Shown here one piece after another: positions 39,991-52,129 of a DNA stretch of 64,000 nucleotides. Positions within the stretch are counted from its first letter, which is position 1. Every line of letters begins with the position of its first letter. The notes beneath the pieces are model-generated. The model had not been told where the DNA came from, did no database searches, and worked only from the letters and a program-made list of their open reading frames with translations. The stretch is from positions 68,731,624 to 68,795,623 of the forward strand of contig JARFYF010000002.1 in NCBI GenBank assembly GCA_030265395.1. Reading direction: 5' to 3'. Origin of the DNA: Rhina ancylostomus (lineage: Eukaryota). Made by a program: the position numbers and the translations under genes.

Positions 39991-42429
39991 ATTTGTGCTC
40001 TTACACTTCATTAGAACCCTCAGGATGGCATTTAAATTAATTTGTGAATAAATGTTATTAAATAAAGACATTGCAACTAAAGACATTAAAGCTATAGCTG
40101 AACAGCTCAGAAGACCTCAAATGAATTTCCAGACCATGCCCATGTTTCTTGATCAAAAAGTAAATTTTTGTCAGTTGGAAAATCTAAGACAACCTTCAGT
40201 TCAGTTTTATACATCAGGTTTTACATCAAGTTTTTTTTTGCAGTTTCAAATCCTCTGACTCCCTTGAGCCAGACCAAAGAATTGAACATGATTTTATATT
40301 AGCTTTGCCAAGTGATGAACTAAAGTTTGCTAAATTGCAAGTTCTATAAAATTCTTTTCAAAGCGAAACTAACAATATTCACTCATTCTGAAAGAATGTT
40401 CTGCACACAACAGATCTCTAAACTTCATTAAACATAAATGTAATTAATCTTATTCTTGCAAAGTATTGGTATGATGAAGTATTATGTAATAGGAAAAGCT
40501 ACAGATTTTAAAAAGTAGTTCTGAATATATCCACTATTTAATAAAACAAACCTCAAAAATGTCTCAATTATAGGCATTACAGCAAGATGGAGATTTGTGT
40601 ACTTAGATTAGCTTCCAGCAGGTTCTGTAAAGATAACAAGAGCCTCGTTTTCTAAACATTGCAAACAGTGCACTAATCACCTCCAAGTATGACCAACCAA
40701 ATAGCTAAAGTGTAGGAAGTAGCCAGTCAACCTTAGAAATGCCAAATCAAAGTGGCAAGAGCTCAATCTTTTGCAGTAATGGTAAAAATTTCAAAGTAAA
40801 TTTGAGCATACCCCACTTATAGTTCTTTTGATAAAATGAAAACAAATGTCAACAGCATCACAATGAAATAAGAATACCAGCTAATATCTAACTTTGAAAC
40901 AAAAGAATGAAATGCATTTTCCAAAAAAGATAATACTTGGAAATCAGTATCAACCTATATATTCAACTTTTACAAGGAATAAACAATACTGTGATGGTAA
41001 TAACACAGTAGGAATGAGGATGTGCTGTTAAATACAAATATATGTTTAAGAATTTCAGGTCCATTACAGATATATAGTTGCTTTAAGTTAATAAAACCTG
41101 TTGCTTATCCGTCAACACTAATATAAAAACATGAAAAAAGAGCAATATTCCCATGAGTATTGAAGGGGACACGTCAGATCAGGTCAGCGTCATACAGCAC
41201 AAACAGGGTAGTTAGCCCACCATGTCCATGCCAACCTTTTTGCCCATTTACACTAATCCCATTTGCCTGCATTAGATCCATATCTTTCTATGCCTTGTCA
41301 ACTGTCTGTTGAATTAGATAAATTTAATTTGTTCCGATTCAAAGATAGCTTCTTTACAGATGGCTAGAAGTGGAAGCAATGAATTGGAGCACTAAATTAT
41401 ACTTCAAGTTATTAAGGTTGAACAGAAAATAGCTTCACCTTCAATGACACTAGAGGTACAACAATTCTTAACCAATTTGACCCAAGATACTAAATTACTG
41501 ATGGAGACCACATCAGTGGACCACACAGATGGAACCTGCTTGGGTTCACAGGCATCTTAGTTGTACAGATCAGGTCACTGATCAGTCTCAGTCTTCCACA
41601 CTGGAGATATGTTTACATTCCTTTTGACCCAATGAAGGTCAATGAGACTCACGAGGAAAAGGAATGGGACACATGTGAAAGATGAAAAGACTCGTAAATG
41701 AAGAAGCATTTACAGCTGAAAGCCTCAGACAAAAATGACCCATGACAAACTATGATCTTGCAGGAAGCTACTTTTTCCCCCATTTAACCAAGTCTGGCCC
41801 TTTATTCAGAAACCGGTGGTCTAGCATGGAGGAAGAAATGCAACAACCGTGAAAAAAAGCTGGCCAATTTGCAGAGACAGGAATCTAGAGTAAACAATCT
41901 GCTGTAGGAACTCAGCAGGTCAAGCAACATATGTGGGAAGAAAGGAACTATGGACATTTCCAGTCAAAACCCCGATCGTTTTTCCAACAGATTGTTTGTG
42001 GCAACTATGCAACTTGCTGCATAAACACAGCCTACATTTTCTATTGAAGGTGACCTGAAGGACACTATATACCTCAACATAAATTTGTGATGCTCATGCT
42101 CCTACCTGATTGGGTTTCTTTATGCAGCTTAGCTATAAATCCATGATGAAAATCAATAAACAGGTAAGAAATAGTCTGTGGATGATATGACAAAACTATG
42201 AAAATAACTGGGAAATTTATGAGGATGAGCGTTGCATAGCCATTACAAAGCCAAGACAAATTGCTTAGTGTTTGGACAGTGGAGTTAATGAAATCCATAT
42301 GGTTAAAGCAAGTTTTCACAGGGATTGATTAACTAAAGAACAATTATCTAATAATTCATCCATGTTAATTTAATAGCTCAGGTACTGATAAAACCATTTT
42401 GTTAAAGTGAGATGGAGCCAACGAAGAGG

Positions 42430-42680
42430 ACAAGCCTACAAGCTCGAGTTGACATGAGGAAAGCCTTTTTCTTTAAAAAGAATCTGGAATGCGCTGCCTG
42501 CAGATATGGTGGAAGTTCCACTGTGGACTTCCAGAGGGAATTGGTCAAATATAATGCAAAGAAAAATTTACAAGGCTGTTGAAATGAAGGTGTGGTATAG
42601 CAAGTTGCTCTGGTGGAGCCAGTGTGGCAAGGTGGGCCAAATGGCCTCCTCCTGTGCAGTAACCACTCTAAGTTCAATGT
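42430..42680 (+). mobile_element. CR1 3' tail
   Basis: atctggaatgcgctgcctg...gggccaaatggcctcctcctgtgcagtaaccactcta. Confidence 0.7.
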
Positions 42681-43419
42681 ACTGAAAATTAAGGGGACAC
42701 CTCAGTCAGTACCAATAACTATAATTTGAGGTTAAAGGAAATCATCCATTTCACTCTGCAGATGAAATTGTTGAGTTTTATGGTAGTGAAGCCTTTTCTA
42801 TTTGTTGGATTTGAAACTGAACTGAGAAGTCAAGATTTGAACCGAGTTTTGTTTAAGCATGCAAAATGGGAAGAGCAATCGAAGACAGTCTACTTGAGTC
42901 CATATTATGCCTGCAACTTGGTAAACTATCCGAAGATGCATTGTAATATGTAATATATTGTTCGATGTTCTTGTAATGAGCTAGGGGAGATTTGATCCAA
43001 AGTCCAGGCAAAGCAGGTAGGTTCTATAAAGCATCTGAAAAGGATCAAAGATGAGCGAGCCATCTCATGAAGGTATGAGAAACATTGCAAGCAACATGAT
43101 AGGAATGTACCAGGCAATACATTTGCAAATAAAATGCCTTTCTGGAGTGATGAAACTGGAGCATGCAGGACTGATACAACTCGCTTGTCTACAGTCTCAA
43201 CACCCTGAATTGTATTCTTTGGACTGAAATTAAATGCGAATCACACAAAGAAAAAGTTTCTAACTGCTTTCAAGTATCAAAATCTGCTTTGGACCTCTGG
43301 AGTTTTCTAGGTTTACATCAATGTGGTTATCACATTTGCCTAATTTACAATGGTTGCAGAATTGTTATAAACTCAAGATCACATCTTCTCCATTGAAAGC
43401 AAATTCAGCAGGAAGCCTA

Positions 43420-43895
43420 ATCCCATCTGCCAGCACATGGTCTGTATTCCCTTCTTTCTCTCCCTGTTCATGTGCCTGTCTAAATGCCTCTCAACATTGC
43501 TATTGTGTCTGCCTCACTACTTCCCCTGGCAGCATATTCCAAGCACCTACTATTCTAAAAAACTTCCCATGTAAATCTCCTTTAAACTTTCCCCCTCTCA
43601 CCATAAACTATGCCCTCTAGTACTTGATATTTCTACCCATAGAGAAAAGACAGGGTATCTACCCTAGCTATGCCTCTCATAATTATATATACTTCTATCA
43701 TGTCACCCTTTGGCCTCTGACACTCCTGAGAAAACAACCCAAGTTTTCAAGCTCTCCTTGTAGCTAAAACTAATCCAGGCAACATTCTGGTGAACCTCTT
43801 CTGCACACTTTCCAAAGCCTCATTCTTCCTGAAATGCAGTGACTAGAACTACACACAATACTCCAAACATGGCCTAACAGAAAGTTTTATACAGG
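43420..43895 (-). mobile_element. CR1 3' end
   Basis: RPCLEYCV.F, ALESVQKRFTRMLPG and SYKESLKT remnants on the minus strand, plus 3' UTR. Confidence 0.85.
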
Positions 43896-45684
43896 TTCAC
43901 CTTTGAACTAATAGTGACAGATTCACAAACTAGAATTTGTGGCAAATGCAGCACCAACCCAGAAACAGGACAAAAGGTAGACCGCCTGTGATTAAACAAG
44001 TTACAGATCATAGATGCATAATTTAATATTGGACTACAGTAATTCTAACAAGTGATGATGAACATTTCCTGCTAGTCATGGGTGATTGTGGTCAGGTGCT
44101 TGATGGAAACTACAACAGTGAACATACAACTTTATGTTCAGAATACTGCACTTTGCTATGAACTGGTTATGGAAGAGTTAATTTTTGAAAGAATCTGGTA
44201 TGGAATGTCAAGCTACAATTGTGAACTAGCCATCAGTTAATGTTCAATTGGAATGTCAGAGCAGGCCACTAATGAAAGCACTATAAAGTGGTCAAAACAA
44301 ACACTAAAAAGGCAAGAAATGGCATCAGTTACAAAGGTTGACTGGAAGACGATGAATGGCTTTGTAGTAGTGAGGAAATTTGAATAGGCAGGAATAAAAT
44401 TAATCCAACTGACTGCTTGGATGACTAATGTAGCTCCAGAAGGTGGCACAATCCAACTGGAAAGTAGACCAAGACTGACCGGACAGACTTCATGGAAAAC
44501 AATGAACATTAACCCAAAGTTTTATATCATCATCTTCCCATAAATTGCACCCTTAATACAAGAGGTATATTAATGATCACATGACAGATTAGACCCATGA
44601 TTAATACCAAAATGAACTGAAATTAGAACTAATTCATTGTGAAGTTGAGCTTTGGAGATTTGCTTTAGCTAGCACAAAAGGTCTCAATGGTCATGGATTT
44701 AGCAGAAACATTTTTTTTAAAAAAATCACTAGTTTTCCCACACCAGATACCCATATAATAATTCAACTTGAAATTTCAAATGTCAGCCTCTGGTGGCAGC
44801 AAAAGACCAGAATCTACTCAGGGTCCCCACCATATGCAGTGCTACCTTGTATTCCACAGGCTGCATGAAGTAGCTTTAAACCCTCCAGAGATGCAGCCTT
44901 AAGTCTGGAATCACATGGCCATGAGCAGATATTGACCAAAGGATAAAAACATTTTGCCACCATTTCCTAGCTCTGATTGAGATTATTGGGACACAGCGTA
45001 GCGAAGTGAAGGTATGGAAGTGGTTGGGTGTAATTCCCCCTGTATTCTGCAAGTACCATCTCCTTTATGGCTGGAATATTGCACCTGTTGCAGAGTCATG
45101 TACTTGTTCAATGAATACAATTTTTTAAATAATTTCTAATGTTTATCATCTCTTATCCATTTTGCAAAAAGACACTATCAATAAAGACAGGTAACAGCAA
45201 ACCAATTATTAAGCTACTGTCCACCCCACCCCCAAATATGGATGTGATGTGTTCAATGAATCTATGATAATAGACACCCAACATAACTGCATGTTTGCAT
45301 ACAAGATGCACAGATTAACATATGGGCATACCCAGATACTAAGGAATAATAATCTTTTTACATCTTGTAACTATTGTGCCATTGTATTTCTGTTGATCCA
45401 GAGTTAGTCTGCTGCACATACCAAGTACGATGACCTGTTGTTAAAGGACCAGATAACAACTTGCCCAGGATCTCAAATCTATCTTAATTAACCCTGCAGA
45501 ATCTTACTGTGGATTTCTTGAATAAAGGACACAAAATACCAAGGTCTGTGGTGACCTTTTAAATATAGGGAAGCTTTTATGAATCAAGGTATTAAACTTT
45601 CATGTAGAAAGTTGAAGTTTATGAAATGTGTTCACAATGGAGGCCAATTCTCCATGCCACTTGGAAGTCCCTTTTCTATCCAAT

Positions 45685-46197
45685 CCTAATGTAAGAACAT
45701 AGAATTTTCCAATTTCACATAACCCACAATCCATGTTCCTTTCCCACTCCTACCAGTCCACCTAGGTTCTCCCCCCTTTGTTGGCTTTTTCCATTTACCC
45801 TGCCTTCCCCCTCCCCCAACTAGATTTGTTACCCTTCCCCATTGGCTCATCACCCACACACCTATCCACCTGGGTTTCCTTTCCATTGGCCTATTCCCAT
45901 CTCCTCCCCCATCTGCCCATCCATCAGACTGCACATCATCTTCAAAAGGTCTATCTTCCCCTCCCATCTCCATCTTTTATCATCCCCTCACCTGATTCCA
46001 CCTATCAACTACCAAGCCCCCATCTCACCCCTCCCTTGCACCCCTTTATAATGGTCATCTTCCCTTTACACTCAGGCCTGATGCAGGGTCTCAGTCCCAA
46101 CTAACTACCATCCCTCTGCCTCCAGAGATGCTACTCGACACTGTTCCTCTAACAGTTTTTGCTCCAGATTCCAACTTCTGCAGTCTCTTGTATCTCC
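45685..46197 (+). mobile_element. Penelope-like 3' end and terminal module
   Basis: NIEFSNF* end of the GIY-YIG ORF (aacatagaattttccaatttc), CT-rich tract, ggcctgatgcagggtctcag...ttctgcagtctcttgtatctc. Confidence 0.8.
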
Positions 46198-47329
46198 CTT
46201 TCCCATCCCAACTCACTAACAGGAAGTTTTATTTGATCTCCAAGAGTGCTGGAAGCAACATTCAAATCCTTAATTTTGCTCCAATTTTGATGAAGATCCA
46301 GCATTCTTATAGAAATTAACATAGGTTCTGAGTAACTAAGGGTCTAACTTCCAAGACAACATGCAATAATATTTAAAACAAAAACCAAGGGAACTTCTAT
46401 TATGGTTCCTTTACAGGCTCTTTATTGCTCTGATTTCCAAAATAGTTCAAAACATTAATCATGTATACCTTTTACCGCATGAAATATATTAATGAATTAA
46501 AGACCAAGAAAAAGTTGTAGATTGCAGTTCATTTCTATAGAAACAAATCAGCTGGAATAGTCAAACCATTTTGTTTTAACTTTACTAAAGCTATTGTGCT
46601 GCTGCCTTCTGCCACAAGCTATTTTTAGACTAATGAAAATCCCAGACTAAGGACAATGCAAGTCAGCATTCCCAAATGAAAAACAGAAGAATGTTGACTA
46701 AGTAAATATGCATTCATTTGAACTATTCCCTCACTGAATAATTTATACCCCAGTAATGTAAACTAAACTTGCACTTCAGACAGTCACGGTTTTGCACTAT
46801 TGAAGCAGCATTTAGAAAAGATATTTACACTGTATATTGCAAGACAATAATTAAACATCATAAAAGAAAACTATTTGAAAATTGTTGAGAGTGAATGATT
46901 AATAAAAGTGAAATTTCTAAATCAAATTTTCCATCGTTGTTAGATGTGGCTTTTTATTCTACGCCACCTCAACAACAGACAAAAATGTCAAAGTACTCAA
47001 CTATGCACACAATGTTTCTGCACGTACAAACTGGAGAGCACTCTGCAAGAATCAGTCTCTACAGTTTGAGGAAAAAATTGCCACATTTCCCTCCACATCA
47101 AGTGAGGGTGAAAATTAGCCAAGAAGCATTTATTTGATGCAAAGGTGCAGAATGCCACATCCCAGTTGTTCTCCAGTACCTCGATCAAGAGCTATTTAAT
47201 GAAAAAGCCTCAGTATTGAATACAGATTATTTAATTGGGAGCATAAATTAATGTTTTACTAAATTATTACTGGCAAGGACAGAATTTACTGGCTCTCCCT
47301 AAAACTGCAATAAGCCTAGAAAGCTACGT

Positions 47330-47860
47330 TCCACATGGCATTTCAGTATTTAGACTGATGAAGGACTGGCAATAACCTTTCAAGTCAGCCTGGTTTGTCA
47401 GAGGGAAAATAGTATTTCTCATCTACTGCCCTTCTAGACAGTAGAGACCATGAATTTGGGAGGAACTGTTGAGTATGCCTTGGGAAGTTGCTGCAATATG
47501 TCCCGTAGATTATTCACCACTAAAATGCTGTGGTGTGTACAGAGTGAATTTTCAAGGTGGGTTAGAGGGTGGTTTGAAACACTTGTCGATGGTCTGTACT
47601 TGGGTGGCATGAATATTACTTGACAATGCTCCACCCAGGCCCAAATAATGAAGTTATTGTTTGCTGGAACTTCTGACGGAGGTAGGTTTTTGATGGCGAG
47701 GCCTTGGGTTCTGCCCTGTGGAACTCTGATGTTCAAGGGGAATTACTACAGTGCATTTTGTACACAGTGCAAAGACTTGACATGCTTAGCAACTGAAGTG
47801 GTTTTGGAGACTCGGAAGGCAATTCACTCATCACAGAACACCGAGGTTTGATCTACGCTT
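47330..47860 (-). mobile_element. Decayed LINE RT fragment (related to the 52-55 kb element)
   Basis: IRVPQGRTQGL (GVPQGS-like) and AWVEHCQVIFMPPKYR remnants. Confidence 0.55.
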
Positions 47861-50668
47861 ATAGACAATACCAAGGTGACTGATTCACTTTGTTGATTGA
47901 CCTAGTTAAATTTACAGTTAAGGGCAGCCACTAGAATAAATCTGGCAAGGAATTTGAAAATATATATGAAAATCAAGGAGCGATGATTTGCATTTATTTT
48001 ATTGACTGTTACTTAAATGGCAAATTATATTCAAAACATGCATCAGTCCATGTCTGGAGGTCTTAATGCACTTGTATAGTGCATTAAGAGCAAACAGAAC
48101 CGAACACCGCAATAGGTGAACATACTCTGACCTTTGGTGGAGGAAAGTTTATTCACGTGGTTAGAACTAGGACACAGCCTTAAGGAATTCCTGAAGAAAT
48201 GGCCTGCAATTCCCATAATAACCATTATCACCTTCCTTCGAGCAAGGCCCAATGCCAGCTAGTGCCTAATTTCCCTGTTGTTTACATTCTTATTAACCTG
48301 CACATTGATGCTACATTTGACTAAATGTATTCTTCATGTCAAAGGCAGTTACTCACTCCACTTTGAAAATCATCTTTTCTCAGAATTTGGATTGACTACA
48401 AAGGGGTGGGGTGGCAGTCACTCAATAATGATCACAATAATAACTCAGCCTGCCCTGGTCAATTGTACTGTCTCTGCCACCATCTTGGTTGAAGTTCAAC
48501 TCCAGCAGAAATGCTGACCTGGCTGTTTGAAATGTCTCAGGTATTCAATGGGTTAAGCTCAAGTTGGCCATGAGGAGGATTCCTTCGATACATCAATTAT
48601 CGTTTACCACTAAGCTAATTCCTACCCATCACATATCACTACTCTGCAAAAAAAATGCAAAAGCTCTACCGTAAGAATTCCTGCTATGCTGTAATGGGAG
48701 ACGTGAGATGAATTGCAGAAAAGTTGGTCAAGCAATACTCAATTTGGCCATTCCCTTACTTCAATTCACTAGATTCATACAAAACCTTAGGAGGCAAGAA
48801 CATGCTCTGATGCATCTGTCAGGTGTGGACTCATTTGTCACCAATTTAGAGCACAATACACATTTGGTAACCAGTATCCTGGAGCTTCATTTAATATGAC
48901 TGATAGACAACCTGTTAAATTCATAAGAATATTGGCAAGTTAAAGCAATATCAGAATTCCGACTCATTCATTCCTACCTTCAAATCAAATCATGAAAATA
49001 TAAAATTCTCATATCATTTAAAATGCAATGACAATTATTTCTATTGAACTGGAGCTGTTGAAATACAGATTCCTTAAAAACATAGTACAAAGTGCAAATC
49101 ATACACTGGAAGGCTAACCATTTGGCAAGATAAAATACCTTTGTTCTTACAATTCCTCTCATTTTGGTTGATTTCAGCATGTTACAAGATATTTAGAATA
49201 GTTTATAAAATGAGAGACAATCTTTGAATATAGAGTAGCGTTGTTGACACCAAAATCTCATATCAAAAGCCTCACTGTGGTGCAAGGGAAATAAATGACT
49301 TGTAATATGGAGAATGAAAATTATTATTAGGAGGGTTAAAGAGGATGCAAATTCTATACCACAAAAGAGAATTTCTTGATACTTTTCTTCCCATGAATCT
49401 CCCAAATATGGTCAAATTTCACCAATGGTGTCTCGAAAGCTCATTCCACCATATTAAGGCTTACATTATAAATAGAATTTATCCTTTCAATGTTATATCA
49501 AAACACTGTTTTATATAGTAATTTCAAGTCATTCGTGCCAGGAAACAATTCCCTTATCAGCTACAGTAATGCACACATGGCTGTGGATTACCAATTTCAA
49601 CTGCACAAATTCTTGGAGGTTTCATCTACAACTTCATGCTGCTCACCCAAATCAAAACAGCCTATTAATGAATATTTTTTTAAAAATACCCACTGACATT
49701 CACCAAGTTACCTACAATAACTGTGTCCAGGAGTCTCTAGGACAATCTTGGAAGATTAGCCAACTCCAATGTTAATACTACAGTACAAAAATCAGCAAGC
49801 TTCAAAAATCCACAATTACCATGCATTTCTTAAAATGTGTGCAATAAGTATTTTTAAGAAAGCATAATTTTGCCTTTTCCATTACGAACCTCTAACACAT
49901 CCTAGGATACAATTTCTATATTATTCTTTTGGGTGCATTTATTGACCATAAAAATAGGGATAATGTATTTTCCCTTTCAGGCAATCAGTAAAACAATTTG
50001 TAAGCATACATATGAACTCACATTTTGCATTACTGTTAAACACAAGCTTAAATGTGTTTACAAAATCTGGCAAGTTTTGTGCTGTAAACAGAGTAAAGCT
50101 GCCCAAGCTCATTTCTAGAGTCCTTTATAATCATTAGACAAAATCTCATGACCTCGCCACCTGTGAAATCCAATACCCAGAGAGCAAAGGCCAGCAGTTC
50201 ATAAGCTTCATCTTTTCACATTGAAAAATAATGTTTCTGAGCAACACTATTTCACAGTAATCCACATGAATATTGCAAATCTGCAGAACAGAAAATATTC
50301 ACTCAGCAAACAGCCAAAAAGCTCAGGGCAAATTTCTGTTGCTCAGCAGTCAACAGCCAAACTAACAATAACAAATTAGGATGCATGTCTGAAGAGGACC
50401 ATAACGGAGCCAGAAGATAGGCTCTAAAGAGTTTAAATCTACTGCAAAACCTGGAAATTGGAAGCTGAAAAACTGGCATCAGCTGCCCATCTTTTGCTGC
50501 TTACTGTTGTTTAAGACAGATCATAATCTGCCTGCCTGCATATGAAATAATGTCAATCAATCCACTGATTCATGAACAGTGAGGATCAACCCAGTTCTCT
50601 TTATAGGTCCAAAAGAAATTTTGGTTTGATAGGCCTGTGCACTATTTAACACAGCTCAAAAAGAGAAA

Positions 50669-51043
50669 NNNNNNNNNNNNNNNNNNNNNNNNNNNNNNNN
50701 NNNNNNNNNNNNNNNNNNNNNNNNNNNNNNNNNNNNNNNNNNNNNNNNNNNNNNNNNNNNNNNNNNNNNNNNNNNNNNNNNNNNNNNNNNNNNNNNNNNN
50801 NNNNNNNNNNNNNNNNNNNNNNNNNNNNNNNNNNNNNNNNNNNNNNNNNNNNNNNNNNNNNNNNNNNNNNNNNNNNNNNNNNNNNNNNNNNNNNNNNNNN
50901 NNNNNNNNNNNNNNNNNNNNNNNNNNNNNNNNNNNNNNNNNNNNNNNNNNNNNNNNNNNNNNNNNNNNNNNNNNNNNNNNNNNNNNNNNNNNNNNNNNNN
51001 NNNNNNNNNNNNNNNNNNNNNNNNNNNNNNNNNNNNNNNNNNN
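50669..51043. other. Largest assembly gap (375 N); 13 other N-runs are present
   Basis: Other gaps: 3490-3521, 9187-9213, 12537-12546, 14395-14494, 19909-20008, 25677-25776, 32297-32396, 33733-33832, 37908-37933, 38959-38985, 52212-52311, 54131-54230, 62702-62900. Seven are exactly 100 N, suggesting placeholder sizes. Confidence 0.98.
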
Positions 51044-51339
51044 TTCAGAAATTTTTCACAAGGCTATGGACACACATTTGAACATTTGAAGCCTGGTCAA
51101 AACTGTAAGTAGCACAATATTGCTGTTGTTGCATAGATCACAAATGGCCTGTTCCAAGTTCATCACTTCAGGAACAATATAAAATATCCTATTATACTAA
51201 ATGAATAAATACATGTTACTTTGGTTGAGGGTTCATAATTTTCAGATGTTTGTTACGTCATTTATAATGCAAAATATTTGGGAAGGTCAGGTTTCACTGT
51301 GGATTGTTAATAAAAAAAATAAGCTAAACTGCTTAAAAT

Positions 51340-51775
51340 TTAATGCAGAAAACTAACTAGAAATTCCCAATAATGAGGAATATCAGCTCCAAGGTTAGAC
51401 CAAAGGGGCTGAAGTGGTTCTCCTTGTTGCAATGAAGGTTGACTGATTTGACAGGTGTAAAAGATCACCAGTTTAATAAGGAAAGCTGCATCTATCAGTA
51501 GATGATTTGACGACCATTAGGCACAGATTTAAAACTTTTCCTCACATCCATTTATCTTTTGGCAAAAGTTTTTCTAATTAAGAAAAAGCAAAGAATAGTT
51601 ATGATCTAGAACTTTGCAGATAATGGTGTAGACAATCAAACAGGGCTTTAAAAAGAGATTGGATAGGCACTAAGAATTTTGCAGGAACAGAGGAACAAAA
51701 GCACAGGAAATGGAACCGTGAGAATTGCTCTACTATGAGCCATCATAAGCTCAATGGGCCATAAGAATTCTATGA
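51340..51775 (+). mobile_element. Old CR1 3' end
   Basis: ggttagacc...gttctccttg...aaggttga..., tttaaaaagagattggataggcac, aatgggccataagaattctatgatt. Confidence 0.6.
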
Positions 51776-52129
51776 TTATTATTAAAAAGCTGGAAGCATG
51801 TCCAACAGCATATTGACATTTATTTACTACTGATGCAACTATCATACGATCCTAATTCTAACTAAACTGCTTATGCCAATTCCAGCTAAACCACCTATCC
51901 ACCCCTACTCCCAGAAATCCCTATTAAAAAAGGTTATGTAAAGTTTCTGTCCACGAAACTGCGTCACTGTGTGCAGTTCACAAATAATGTTTTTCCACAA
52001 ACAGCTTGACATCAACTTTTACTGTTCAATCTTGTGCTAATATTTAAACTGATCTTACTCCTAAGACATCCCAACTCCCACAATTTAAAATTACCACTCC
52101 TACATTGTTATTTTTCAAGCTGCAAGCAT

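Noticed and set aside
50637-51089. Long ORFs containing X runs (also at 19634, 32084, 62609 and others)
   Set aside because: They are open only because N gaps hide stop codons.
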